A program made the translations under genes and the position numbers. 64,000 nucleotides of DNA from Thermotogota bacterium (GTDB lineage Bacteria > Thermotogota > Thermotogae > Petrotogales > Kosmotogaceae): contig JAYEJL010000165.1 of assembly GCA_034660555.1 (NCBI GenBank), forward strand, positions 1 to 64,000, given 5' to 3'. Positions 30,167 to 40,239 of the stretch are shown piece by piece (position 1 is the stretch's first letter; the number at the start of each line of letters is the position of its first letter). The notes under the pieces are model-generated. The model made no database searches and had not been told where the DNA came from. It worked only from the letters and a program-made list of their open reading frames with translations.

Positions 30167-31259
30167 AGAGATCTTTCTCTTGACCGAAAATTATGCTGAG
30201 AACAAGTCCCAGGCCAAACATCAATGAAAGAAGTGAAGATCCTCCATAGCTGACAAAGGGTAGAGTAAGTCCTGTGGGAGGAAATAAACCCAGATTGACT
30301 GCTATGTTAATACTAGCCTGAATTGCCACATAGAAACCAAATCCCAGAATATAGTATTTGCCCTGAGTATCTTTTTTCAACTTCAAAGCTATAATGATCA
30401 GAATTCTCAGGAAACCAAGATAAGCTATAAGTAACAATATAAGGCCAATTAATCCCAGCTCTTCTCCAATCGTGGCAAAAATAAAATCAGAATAACTCAC
30501 CGGTATGTAATATTTAACAATCCCAAGACCAATCCCCGTTCCAACAAGATCTCCATTGGAAATAGCCATCAAACTGTAATCTAGCTGGTCCTGAACTTCT
30601 CCGCCTTCAGTTGAAAAAAATGATGTTATTCTCTCAAGCTGGTAATCCTGTATCCATCCCTGCTGAAATGCCAGCACAGCTACCAGCACTACAATCAGAA
30701 TCAAAAAAAGTACATGTCGAAACTTAAGCCCACCGATAAAAAGCATCACGAAAGTTAATATCAGCATTAATCCTGAAGTTGAAAGATCAGGTTCCAGGAA
30801 GGTTAGTCCAATTATTGGAAAAGCAATTAACAGTGGCCACAGAAGCATATTAATCACTGTTTTCTCTTTGTCTTCAATTATTGAAAGATAGCGTGCTAAA
30901 ACAAGTATAAGGATGATTTTAGCAAACTCAGAAACCTGAAGACTCATAAAACCAAAATCAATCCATCTATGGGAGCCACCTCTACTTGATGAAAAAAGGA
31001 CAACTGCAAGTAATCCAATAATTGCCGGATAATATATATAAAAAGCATTTTTGAAATGTCTTTTTGCCTTGATCAAAATTACAATTATTGCGGCAATAAT
31101 CCCAAGCCAGAAAGCTATCAGTTGTTTTAGCAGGAAGTCCGTTGCTGAAAGATATGGTAACCTTGCTTCCATACTCAAACCAGCACTATATACAAATACA
31201 AATCCAAGCACTATAAAAAAGCTAACAAATATCGAAAGTAGAACAAGTCTCCTAGTCAT
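30156..31259 (-). CDS. ftsW: SEDS family peptidoglycan polymerase FtsW
   Basis: RWI, QVSEFAK, EPDLS, DFIFATIGEELG, GLTLPFVSYGGSS; lies within the mur cluster. Confidence 0.92.
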   Translation of the reverse strand: MTRRLVLLSIFVSFFIVLGFVFVYSAGLSMEARLPYLSATDFLLKQLIAFWLGIIAAIIVILIKAKRHFKNAFYIYYPAIIGLLAVVLFSSSRGGSHRWIDFGFMSLQVSEFAKIILILVLARYLSIIEDKEKTVINMLLWPLLIAFPIIGLTFLEPDLSTSGLMLILTFVMLFIGGLKFRHVLFLILIVVLVAVLAFQQGWIQDYQLERITSFFSTEGGEVQDQLDYSLMAISNGDLVGTGIGLGIVKYYIPVSYSDFIFATIGEELGLIGLILLLIAYLGFLRILIIIALKLKKDTQGKYYILGFGFYVAIQASINIAVNLGLFPPTGLTLPFVSYGGSSLLSLMFGLGLVLSIIFGQEKDLYER

Positions 31260-32619
31260 TATCCTCAGTCCTGTCTTTGAGGTTTCTCACTTTCTCTGTA
31301 AAATCATCACCTCTTTGCTTATAGTTCTCATACATATCATAACTCGAACCACCGGGGCTGAACAAAACAATATCACCCGATGTGATTTGCTCATAGGCCC
31401 TATTAACAGCTTCTTCCATATCGTTCACACTTATAAAGGGTATTCGATATTCTTCAAGTTTCCTTTTCAATGATTTCATTGACGAACCCATAATTATTAT
31501 ACGCTTTAAGGGAAACAGTTTTCCCAGTAATTCTTCGTGACTTTCCTTTTTCTCCTTACCACCAAGAATTAAAACTACCCTGCTTGGATCAAAGTTTTTC
31601 AATGCAGAAACAACAGCATGGGCATTGGTGGCTTTGGAATCATTAATATACATTACATCATCCAGTGTTCCTACAACCGTCATTCTATGTTCCAGAGCCT
31701 TGTAATCCCAGAGTGATTGAAGTGAATCAACGGGATTTATTCCAATCAGGTAGGCTAGGGCAATAGCTACTGAAGCATTCTCCCTATTGTGAGTTTCCTT
31801 CAAAGGAAATCCATCGAAAGGTAGTTCCATTTTGTGAAAACGTAAATTCCCATTTTCAAGATCAAAAAATGTACCTTTTCCATGGCTGAATTCTACAACT
31901 TTTGAAAACGCTCGATTACTTAAGAGTCTTCTTTTCTTATCGACTATCTCTTTTCTTACAATTGAATATCCTTCTGTTAGTTCCGGGAGAATCATTTTAG
32001 ACCATATGTACTCCTCAAAGGAAAGGTGATAATCAAGATGATCTTCTTCAATATTTAGTAAAGCAGAAACATGGAAATAAGGTTCTCTTCTTCTGAACCA
32101 GCTTAACTGAAAAGAGCTAACCTCAACCACATAAAAATCAATTTTTTTACTTAAGGAAGATGTTAACGGTGTCCCCAGATTACCGCCTGCAAATACGGCA
32201 TCGTGTTTTTTTCTCAGGATATGTTCCAGCATAGTAACCGTCGTTGATTTTCCATTTGTCCCGGTAATCCCTATGAGTACACCATAATTTCTTTTCATCA
32301 ATATATTTAACGCTACCTCCTGCTCGGTTGCAAAAGGTTTTCCCGATTCACGTATCCTTCTGCCCAAATTGCTGTTGGGTGATATTCCCGGGCTTACTGC
32401 AAAAGAATCGCAAACAAATAACTTTTCTGTATGTTTATTTTCTTCATATTCAACGTTATTATTGTCGAGGAAGTCTCGTTTATTTTTATCAAGTGACTTA
32501 TTTTCGGATACAAAGAAATTGGAAGGATTATAACCTTCAATATCGAGCAAATATTTCAACAGTTCATGATTTGAAGAACCGAATCCAACTATACCAATTT
32601 TCCCCTTAAGCAATTCCAA
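31252..32619 (-). CDS. murD: UDP-MurNAc-L-Ala--D-glutamate ligase
   Basis: SPGI, GITGTNGKST, GGNLG, EVSSFQL, DHLDYH, HR, NDSKATN, SPGGSSYD, RG. Confidence 0.95.
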   Translation of the reverse strand: MELLKGKIGIVGFGSSNHELLKYLLDIEGYNPSNFFVSENKSLDKNKRDFLDNNNVEYEENKHTEKLFVCDSFAVSPGISPNSNLGRRIRESGKPFATEQEVALNILMKRNYGVLIGITGTNGKSTTVTMLEHILRKKHDAVFAGGNLGTPLTSSLSKKIDFYVVEVSSFQLSWFRRREPYFHVSALLNIEEDHLDYHLSFEEYIWSKMILPELTEGYSIVRKEIVDKKRRLLSNRAFSKVVEFSHGKGTFFDLENGNLRFHKMELPFDGFPLKETHNRENASVAIALAYLIGINPVDSLQSLWDYKALEHRMTVVGTLDDVMYINDSKATNAHAVVSALKNFDPSRVVLILGGKEKKESHEELLGKLFPLKRIIIMGSSMKSLKRKLEEYRIPFISVNDMEEAVNRAYEQITSGDIVLFSPGGSSYDMYENYKQRGDDFTEKVRNLKDRTEDND

Positions 32620-33546
32620 CTATAATCTCCCCCAGACAAACAAACCAACAAAAGAAAACAACAATGCGACAACAGAAAAACTAATTGCTATTCTTCTCTC
32701 AGACCATCCAGTGATTTCAAAATGATGATGAACAGGAGACATCTTGAAAACTCTTTTTCTGAAACATTTATACGAAAATACCTGAATGATAACACTGAGC
32801 ATTTCAGCTATAAATACCGAGCCAAAGAAAATTACAAAAAGATCAAGCCCTTTTATCGCAAGCGCCGATGCAAGGATTCCACCAAGAGCAAGTGAACCCG
32901 TATCTCCCATAAAAACTCTCGCTGGATGCCAATTATACCAGATAAAACCAAGCACAGCACCTGTGAGCGAAAGAAACAATACATTGAAATATCCAACGAT
33001 CAGCAGTGGGACAACCGATGCAACAAAAACAGAAGCAGCAAGCCCATCAACGCCATCAGTAAGGTTCACTGCATTGCTAGTGCCAACAACAACAATTGCT
33101 GACAGGGGAAAATATAAGAATCCTAAATCAACTGAACCGACAAAAGGAAAAATAACCTCTGTATGCGGGAAATATAAATAAATCATCAAAATCACAATTG
33201 ATGCAGATGCGAATTGAATACATAATTTGGTTGATGCGCTTAGTCCCGCTGCATTTTTCCTTTTGTACTTTAAATAGTCATCCAGAAACCCTGTAATACT
33301 GAAAAGAATACCTGAAATGAAAATAATGAGATTTTCAATACTGAAATTCCATATTAACGCCAGGATAAGTCCAACAAGAATGAATACGATGCCACCAGAA
33401 GTCGGAGTTCCAGTTTTGTGATTATGCAGGTCAGGTCCTTCTTTTCTGATGAACTGTCCAATTTTCTTTTTCCTCTGTATCTCAATGAAAGGTTTGAAAA
33501 GAATAAATGCAAGAATAAATGAAACGATCAATACCATACGGTCCAT
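32620..33546 (-). CDS. mraY: Phospho-N-acetylmuramoyl-pentapeptide transferase
   Basis: KTGTPTSGG, GFLDD, NAVNLTDGVDGL, FMGDTGS, PVHHHFE. Confidence 0.97.
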   Translation of the reverse strand: MDRMVLIVSFILAFILFKPFIEIQRKKKIGQFIRKEGPDLHNHKTGTPTSGGIVFILVGLILALIWNFSIENLIIFISGILFSITGFLDDYLKYKRKNAAGLSASTKLCIQFASASIVILMIYLYFPHTEVIFPFVGSVDLGFLYFPLSAIVVVGTSNAVNLTDGVDGLAASVFVASVVPLLIVGYFNVLFLSLTGAVLGFIWYNWHPARVFMGDTGSLALGGILASALAIKGLDLFVIFFGSVFIAEMLSVIIQVFSYKCFRKRVFKMSPVHHHFEITGWSERRIAISFSVVALLFSFVGLFVWGRL

Positions 33547-33547
33547 C

Positions 33548-34870
33548 TTATTTTATCCTTTCAAGAAACATGCTTACCAGCTTCTCCATCTCTATACCCC
33601 GGGACGCTTTAAAATAAACTATTGTACCGGGATACACATTCTTTGAAAGCCAGTCAATGAGTTCAGTACTTTTGCTGGAAACAAGAACAGGTGAAAGGTT
33701 TTTACTGGCATATTCTATCTCTTTATCCTTTGTGTAGAGTAAAACACAATCAAATTCGCTTAATTCATTTCCCAGTAATTCATGTATGTTCTTAGAGTGT
33801 TTTCCCTGTTCAAGAATTGATCCTACCACAGCTATGGATCTTTCAGGTTTCATTTTTTTGATTGTCTCTATCGCAGACCAGGCAGATTCCAGGCTGCTAT
33901 TATAGCAATCGTTTATTACCGTAATACCCTTTTTTCTCATAAAACTAAATCTGTCTGAAAAAGGAAGTTCAATGTTTGTCGCAGAAAGTTCAAATCCTTC
34001 AATTCCCATAGCCGAAAGAATGGTACTGGCAGCCAAAAAATCAAGCAGTTGTCCTCTGTGCCAGATCCCGCTGAACCTCAACATATACTTTCCCAGTGAG
34101 TTTTCAAATATTCCAAAAGTAAAATTATCATCATAATAAAATTCCACTAGCCTTTGATTTCCAGTTTCAAGACCAAAATAGTATTTTTTGCATGATAACC
34201 TTTCTACAAAGCTCACAATATCTTCATCATCGGAAAAGGTTACTGCTATATCTTCGCTCTCCAGCTTAGAAAAAATAGAGAGTTTCTCATTAAGAAGTTC
34301 TTCTCTACTGCCAAACCTTCCTAAATGGGCTGTTCCCACGTTCAGCAATACAGATATGTCTGGATTGATTAAATTGATCAGTTCTTTTATGTCTCCCGGA
34401 GAGTTGGTTCCGCATTCGAATATCCCCCATCTGGCGCTTATAAGTTGTTCCCTGTTGTTCAAAATAGAAAGAGGAATACCGATCTCAGTATTGTAGTTCT
34501 TTTCAGTTGCATATACAGTCCCAATATCTGAAAGCATAGATGCAAGACAATGTTTTGTGGTGGTTTTTCCATTGGAACCAGTTATTGCAATTTTGTGCCG
34601 CATCCTGGACTGTTTTAAGACATGTTTGGCAGCTTCTTTTAAAAACTCAATTGTGGCATGTGCTGTAAGATATCTAGGGTCATTTGAACTCTTTCTTGTA
34701 AGAACATAAGAAGCGTTTTTTTCGATCGCTTCTTCCACATAATCATTACCATCTACCCTATCACCTTTGATAGCAACAAATATGTCCCCTGTTTTTATAT
34801 TTCTTGAATCAATTACCAGTCGCTTTCCTTTGGATTTTTCAATAAATGCTCCCACAGGAACGGGATTCAC
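33548..34870 (-). CDS. murF: UDP-MurNAc-tripeptide--D-Ala-D-Ala ligase
   Basis: IDSR, ITGSNGKTTTK, NYNTEIGIP, AHL, NDCYNSS, KASRG. Confidence 0.93.
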   Translation of the reverse strand: MNPVPVGAFIEKSKGKRLVIDSRNIKTGDIFVAIKGDRVDGNDYVEEAIEKNASYVLTRKSSNDPRYLTAHATIEFLKEAAKHVLKQSRMRHKIAITGSNGKTTTKHCLASMLSDIGTVYATEKNYNTEIGIPLSILNNREQLISARWGIFECGTNSPGDIKELINLINPDISVLLNVGTAHLGRFGSREELLNEKLSIFSKLESEDIAVTFSDDEDIVSFVERLSCKKYYFGLETGNQRLVEFYYDDNFTFGIFENSLGKYMLRFSGIWHRGQLLDFLAASTILSAMGIEGFELSATNIELPFSDRFSFMRKKGITVINDCYNSSLESAWSAIETIKKMKPERSIAVVGSILEQGKHSKNIHELLGNELSEFDCVLLYTKDKEIEYASKNLSPVLVSSKSTELIDWLSKNVYPGTIVYFKASRGIEMEKLVSMFLERIK

Positions 34871-36363
34871 TTTTTCATATTCCTCCGGAACTTCGTTTCT
34901 AAGATTTCTTTAACGACATTTTTATCGTTGAAAGGAAGAGCGTTATCGCCTATAAGCTGGTAAGCTTCGTGCCCTCTACCAGCAATTATGACCATATCCT
35001 GTCGATTGGCCAGGGTTAGTGCAACACTTATCGCTTCTCTTCTTTCAGGTATTATCAGATAAGGTTTGAATTTATCCACACCTGCTTCAATATCTGTAAG
35101 TATTTCGTTAGGATCTTCTCTTTTCGGATCATCTGAAGTAAGTACAATTACATCAGAAAACTTAGAAGCTACCTGCCCCATTAATGGCCTTTTACCTTTA
35201 TCTGCGGTTCCACCTGCTCCAAAAACAGTGATAATACGGCCTTCTGTAAGTTTTCCGGCAGTGAGCAAAAGTTTTTCAAGGGCATCAGGTGTATGAGCAA
35301 AATCAATAACTACCTCAAATCCATATTTAGTCGCTTCCTCTACGAATTCAAATCTCCCCGGTACCCCCGTGAAATTTGAAATCGCATCTGCTACATGTTC
35401 AACATCATAGTTGAGTGAATCCAGAATGGCAACGCAAGCAGCAACATTATAAGCATTGTGCTGTCCAACCAGCCTGGTATAGATTTTTTGAGATGATCCA
35501 TATGGTGTTTCTATAGTGAAAAACATCCCAATTCGAAGCATTTCAAGATCCTTAATCTTATAGTGGGATTCATCTCCAAAACCGTAGGTGATAAGTTTAT
35601 CTTTTGATACCCTGACATCACATACATTTATCCTGTCCCCATTTACTATGGCTTTTCCATTTGGCTTCAACAATTCAAAAAGTTTTAGCTTCGTATTGTA
35701 ATATTCTTCAAAACTACAATGATAGTCTAGATGATCACGGGTTACATTTGTCAGAACGGCAATGTCAAAACGAATTGACTCAACACGATACATGGCAAGT
35801 GCATGTGATGAAACTTCCATGACAAAGTATTCATAATCTTCTTTAACCGATTCCTGAAGATAGTTTATCAGTGTTGAAGGTCCCGGAGTTGTATTTTTCG
35901 GATTGTTTATGATCCTTCCTGCCACATGATTTCTTACGGTTCCCACAAGTGAAGTCTTTTTTTCAAAGCTATCAAGAATATGTTTCAACATCGTCGTTAT
36001 TGTAGTTTTGCCATTTGTTCCAGTAACCCCTATGGTAACAAGATTTTTATAAGGATGACCTTGAAGCTCCATAAGCAATATGGCTTCGGCTCTTCTTGAA
36101 TTTTTCACATAGATAACGGGAACCTTTATTTCGTCAAGTTCAAGTGGTTCTTCAGCTAAAAACGCCTTTGCTCCTTTTTCTTGCAGATCATGGGCAAGCA
36201 GATGGGAATTGAAATTTGTGCCTTTAATACATATGAAAATTCCTCCGGGAGTGAAGTTTCGAGAGTTATGTGTTATTCCACTAATTTCTGGGTCGCGTCC
36301 ATTCATGTTCGCAATTTCTAATACATCCTTTTCAAGGAGCTTAACAATTCGGGATACCCTCAT
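34867..36363 (-). CDS. murE: UDP-MurNAc-dipeptide--diamino acid ligase (probably lysine-adding)
   Basis: GVTGTNGKTT, TTP, MEVSSHAL, DHLDYH, VPGRFE, DFAHTPD, SDDPK, GRGHE. Confidence 0.95.
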   Translation of the reverse strand: MRVSRIVKLLEKDVLEIANMNGRDPEISGITHNSRNFTPGGIFICIKGTNFNSHLLAHDLQEKGAKAFLAEEPLELDEIKVPVIYVKNSRRAEAILLMELQGHPYKNLVTIGVTGTNGKTTITTMLKHILDSFEKKTSLVGTVRNHVAGRIINNPKNTTPGPSTLINYLQESVKEDYEYFVMEVSSHALAMYRVESIRFDIAVLTNVTRDHLDYHCSFEEYYNTKLKLFELLKPNGKAIVNGDRINVCDVRVSKDKLITYGFGDESHYKIKDLEMLRIGMFFTIETPYGSSQKIYTRLVGQHNAYNVAACVAILDSLNYDVEHVADAISNFTGVPGRFEFVEEATKYGFEVVIDFAHTPDALEKLLLTAGKLTEGRIITVFGAGGTADKGKRPLMGQVASKFSDVIVLTSDDPKREDPNEILTDIEAGVDKFKPYLIIPERREAISVALTLANRQDMVIIAGRGHEAYQLIGDNALPFNDKNVVKEILETKFRRNMKK

Positions 36364-36386
36364 AGCTTCCCCCCCTTCTTTAAGTT

Positions 36387-36415
36387 ATTTTATCACCCTA
36401 TATTTCCCTTGACAA
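36387..36415 (-). promoter_or_regulatory. Putative sigma70 promoter of the mur operon
   Basis: Minus strand TTGTCA (36415-10), 17 bp spacer, TG-n-TAAAAT (36392-87). Confidence 0.65.
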
Positions 36416-36437
36416 CTAAGAAAGGTCATGCTAAGAT
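36409..36437 (+). promoter_or_regulatory. Sigma70 promoter of the hrcA operon
   Basis: TTGACA (36409-14), 17 bp spacer, TG-n-TAAGAT (36432-37), just upstream of the CIRCE. Confidence 0.75.
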
Positions 36438-36440
36438 TAA

Positions 36441-36467
36441 TTAGCAGTCGGACGAGGTGAGTGCTAA
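36441..36467 (+). promoter_or_regulatory. CIRCE element (HrcA operator)
   Basis: TTAGCAGTC-N9-GAGTGCTAA, one mismatch to TTAGCACTC-N9-GAGTGCTAA, directly before hrcA. Confidence 0.92.
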
Positions 36468-37510
36468 TGAATCGGAAGAGTATTATAGGACCGGACTTGA
36501 ATGATAGACAGTTAAAGGTCCTGTATTGTATTGTTAAGCAATATATAGAGAATGGTAAACCTGTAAGTTCCAAACAGGTATTGGAATACTCCAACCTTGA
36601 TTACAGCTCTGCCACAATTAGAAACGATATGAGAAAGCTCGAATTCCTTAATTACATACACCAACCCCATATATCAGCTGGAAGGACACCAACGGATAAA
36701 GGTCTACGCTTCTATTACGATTCCATAGTAAAACTTTCCAGCGAAACAAAAGAAGAAAGTGCTGAAATTTCCATGAGAAGAGTTGCTGTAATTGCTGATA
36801 TCGACAGACTGCTAGCCGGTACAACAAGATTGCTTGCAGGCCTTACACGGTGTCTTGTAATAGCTGAAAAGCCTGATTTGGACAAACTTAAGGTTAAACA
36901 TATTTCCGTTTCTCCAGTTACAGATCATTATCTTAATGTAACTGTTATCACCGAGCTTGGTGTAACGAAGAATTCGGCTGTTAATGATACATTTGATTAT
37001 GACGAGTTGAGTGAATTTGAAAAAAGAGTAAATGAGATCGTTGTCGGTAAAAGAATACAGGAGATCAAAGAAGGTTTACGTAACGTAACTTTCGAAAACG
37101 ATTCATGGTATAGTGAACGTTTTGAAAGACTCTTTCGATTTATGGAAAGCGTTTTTGAAAATGAAAATTTAGACAGATATGAAAAATACGGGTTGGAATA
37201 TATCCTTGGATCCGATAAATTAAGTGTTAAAGATACGGTTTCCATAGCAAAATATGTTGAAAATTCCAAAAGACTTGAAGATCTGATGTCAGAGTTAATC
37301 AATTCAAATGAAGAGGTTACTTTGATAGGTAATGAAATAGGTAGGAATGATCTTAAGAGCTTTTCATTTCTCAGTTCACCATATGGGAACCAGCATTTGA
37401 AACTGGGCACTGTTGTGGTTATTACACCGAAAATTATTGAATATGAAAGAATATTGGGTTACTTAAGATATGGCGTAAACAGACTTTCAGAAATACTCAG
37501 TAATAGATAA
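36467..37510 (+). CDS. hrcA: Heat-inducible transcription repressor
   Basis: LNDRQ..VL..IV..YI..GKPVSSK, SATIRNDM, HISAGRTPTDKG; ATG 36467 follows a GAGGTG SD (GTG 36461 is an alternative). Confidence 0.94.
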   Translation: MNRKSIIGPDLNDRQLKVLYCIVKQYIENGKPVSSKQVLEYSNLDYSSATIRNDMRKLEFLNYIHQPHISAGRTPTDKGLRFYYDSIVKLSSETKEESAEISMRRVAVIADIDRLLAGTTRLLAGLTRCLVIAEKPDLDKLKVKHISVSPVTDHYLNVTVITELGVTKNSAVNDTFDYDELSEFEKRVNEIVVGKRIQEIKEGLRNVTFENDSWYSERFERLFRFMESVFENENLDRYEKYGLEYILGSDKLSVKDTVSIAKYVENSKRLEDLMSELINSNEEVTLIGNEIGRNDLKSFSFLSSPYGNQHLKLGTVVVITPKIIEYERILGYLRYGVNRLSEILSNR

Positions 37511-37525
37511 ATGGAGGTGAAGCAA

Positions 37526-38230
37526 ATGTCAGAACACAAGAAAAAGAAACGGATGGAAGAAACCAAAAAGGATGAAGAAAAAAATAAAATAAAGCAGGGA
37601 AAACAAGAAGAAATGAAAGAAAAAGAAAATAATGAAAGCAAAAAGGAAGCTGAAGAAATACTTAAGAAAAAAGAGAAGGAAATTGAGGAGAAAAACAGTG
37701 AAATAAAGCAGCTTGAATCTGAATTGATGAGAGTAAAAGCAGAATTTCATAATTATCGTAAGGCACTTGAAAGAGAATACAATGAACGGCTAAGAAGAGA
37801 AAAGGAAAACGTAATATTCAAATTAATTTCATTGTTTGAAGACTTTGAACGTGCACTTAATCACAGCGACAAAGCTTCTGAAAATCTTTTGATTGGAATT
37901 AGGATGATCTATAAACAGTTCAAAACAATACTAACTGAAGAGGGTGTCGAAGAGATATTGCCTTCAGTCGGTGAATTATTTGATCCATTCCGTGATGAAG
38001 TTGCAGAAACACGCGTTTCGGAAAATCGAGAAGAAATGGAAATAATTGAAATTCAGGAAAAAGGATATAAATTTGGCAAAAAAATATTGAAGTCACCCAA
38101 GGTAATTGTTGCTGTTAAACCCAATGAAAATAGCGATGCAGCTAAAAACAAAGATACAAACGAGGACGATGGAAACAATGAAAAGAACAACAGCACCCAG
38201 AAAACAAAAAATGAAAGTAACGGCAGGTGA
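37526..38230 (+). CDS. grpE: Nucleotide exchange factor GrpE
   Basis: AEFHNYRK, DFERAL, GELFDP, KGY...VIVA; ATG 37526 follows a GGAGGTG SD. Confidence 0.93.
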   Translation: MSEHKKKKRMEETKKDEEKNKIKQGKQEEMKEKENNESKKEAEEILKKKEKEIEEKNSEIKQLESELMRVKAEFHNYRKALEREYNERLRREKENVIFKLISLFEDFERALNHSDKASENLLIGIRMIYKQFKTILTEEGVEEILPSVGELFDPFRDEVAETRVSENREEMEIIEIQEKGYKFGKKILKSPKVIVAVKPNENSDAAKNKDTNEDDGNNEKNNSTQKTKNESNGR

Positions 38231-39351
38231 TCGGTTTGGCTGCACGCAAGGATTATTATGAAGTACTCGGAGTATCGAAAGACACAACACAGGAAGAGAT
38301 AAGAAAAGCATACAGACAGCTTGTTAGAAAATGGCATCCTGACAGACACAAAGGTGATGCCCGAAAGGATGCTGAAAATAAATTCAAAGAAATACAGGAA
38401 GCTTATGAAGTGCTCAGTAACCCTAAAAAGAAAGCCATGTACGATAAGTTTGGTTATGTGGGCGACCAATCATATCAACCCTCAGGTAGTGGAAGAACAA
38501 CAGGCGGCACCGGTGGTTTCTTCGATGATGTTTTTGGAGACTTTCAGGATGTTTTTGATGTGTTCTTCGGAAGCCAAAGAAGCAGAACCGGTGCTGGAAC
38601 ACGACAACAAAGCGTAAAAGGCGAAGATGTTCATGCCAGAATAGACATAGAGTTATCTGAAGTAGTAACCGGAAAAACTACATTTTTAGAATATGACAGG
38701 AAGGAACAGTGTGGCGCGTGTAATGGGACAGGAGCCGAGAATGGTACGAGTTTTACCACATGCCCTCGCTGCGAAGGAACAGGGGTAATTCGTGAACAAC
38801 ACCGTTCATTCTTCGGTGTTTTTACAAACACTAGAACCTGTGAAACCTGTGGAGGGACGGGAAGAATAATAGATAAAAAATGTTCTAAATGTAACGGTAC
38901 AGGTTATGTTAGAAAAAAACATCGCGTCAAGGTAAATGTCCCCCCTGGAGTAGAAAACGGTGCCACATTAAGGATTCCCAGACAGGGGCATGCCGGGAAA
39001 TACGGTGGCCCTTCAGGGGATCTCTATGTTCAGGTAAGAGTAAACATGCCTTCTCAATATTTCAGAAGAGGTAATGACCTTCTGGTAGAAAAGAAGATCG
39101 ATTATCTCGATGCATCACTTGGTGCAGTTGTCACGATTGTGCTTCCAGAAGGTGGATATGAAAATCTTAAGATACCGCCTGGAACCAATCCAGGTACAAC
39201 ATTCCGGTTAAAAGGATACGGATTACCTCAAATGTCAAGTAATCGTAGAGGGGATATTCTTGTTACGGTTAGGGTCGATATACCCAAACCATCAAGAAAA
39301 GAGAAAAAATTGTTGGAAGAAATCGCAAAAACCAGAAAAAAAGACAAATGA
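38227..39351 (+). CDS. dnaJ: Chaperone DnaJ
   Basis: DYYEVLGV, HPD, G/F region, four CxxCxGxG repeats, GDLYV. Confidence 0.97.
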   Translation: MIGLAARKDYYEVLGVSKDTTQEEIRKAYRQLVRKWHPDRHKGDARKDAENKFKEIQEAYEVLSNPKKKAMYDKFGYVGDQSYQPSGSGRTTGGTGGFFDDVFGDFQDVFDVFFGSQRSRTGAGTRQQSVKGEDVHARIDIELSEVVTGKTTFLEYDRKEQCGACNGTGAENGTSFTTCPRCEGTGVIREQHRSFFGVFTNTRTCETCGGTGRIIDKKCSKCNGTGYVRKKHRVKVNVPPGVENGATLRIPRQGHAGKYGGPSGDLYVQVRVNMPSQYFRRGNDLLVEKKIDYLDASLGAVVTIVLPEGGYENLKIPPGTNPGTTFRLKGYGLPQMSSNRRGDILVTVRVDIPKPSRKEKKLLEEIAKTRKKDK

Positions 39352-40217
39352 AAAAAATGAACGTTAAAAAAAACATACTTGATTATTTCGTTGTTTCTGC
39401 TGGTTCATTGATTACAGCAATAGCTCTTGTATCTTTTCTCATTCCGAATAATATCGTGGCAGGTGGTGTAAGCGGTTTAGCCATAATACTTTACCGTACA
39501 CTGGGTTGGTGGGTAGGAGTCCAGATGCTTTTATATAATATTGTTCTCTTCGCAGTAGCTTTCGTAATTCTCGGTATTGGTTTTGGCATAAAATCCATCT
39601 ATTCAGCTGTATTATTGTCTTTTCTCGTAGATCTCCTTCAGAATATCCATTTTCCTGTTTTTAACGCCGCAAAAATTAATGATGGCATGTTGCTTGCAAC
39701 GATCTATGGCGGTGCGTTAGCAGGTATTGGAATGGGGATAATTTTATGGCGTGGTGCGTCTACCGGCGGAACTGATATCGGAGCTATGATAATCAACAAA
39801 TATCTTCACATTGCCACAGGAATGGGTCTGGTCATTATTGATTCATTAATTACGATATTTGCTCTTGTGGTCTTTGGACCCATTGTTGCCATGTATGGTA
39901 TCATTACAATCTTTGTCACTGGAAAAACAATCGACAGTATACTTGAAGGTATAGAATATACCCGCACTGCTTACATTATGTCCGATAATTATGAAAAAAT
40001 TAGAGAAAAAATACTTGGAGAGCTTTCACGCGGTGTAACAGTCCTCGAAGGACAGGGTGGTTTTACAGGAGAGAAACGCCCGGTACTAATGGTAACAATA
40101 AGAAGGCGTGAAATCGGCCAACTAAGAAGAATAATTAAAGATGTAGATTCAAAAGCTTTTACTATAACGGTAAACAACGCTGAAGTTTTTGGAGAGGGAT
40201 TCAAAAGGTTATATTAA
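39348..40217 (+). CDS. YitT/DUF2179 family membrane protein
   Basis: GGVSGLA, GASTGGTD, RGVT...GGFTG, D..AF...EVFGEGF. Confidence 0.88.
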   Translation: MKKMNVKKNILDYFVVSAGSLITAIALVSFLIPNNIVAGGVSGLAIILYRTLGWWVGVQMLLYNIVLFAVAFVILGIGFGIKSIYSAVLLSFLVDLLQNIHFPVFNAAKINDGMLLATIYGGALAGIGMGIILWRGASTGGTDIGAMIINKYLHIATGMGLVIIDSLITIFALVVFGPIVAMYGIITIFVTGKTIDSILEGIEYTRTAYIMSDNYEKIREKILGELSRGVTVLEGQGGFTGEKRPVLMVTIRRREIGQLRRIIKDVDSKAFTITVNNAEVFGEGFKRLY

Positions 40218-40239
40218 ATTATTCAAATAAGGAGTTTTC

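Noticed and set aside
37529..37750. Phe-rich minus-strand ORF and low-complexity purine-rich stretch
   Set aside because: Antisense reflection of the Lys/Glu-rich GrpE N-terminus, not a gene or repeat array.
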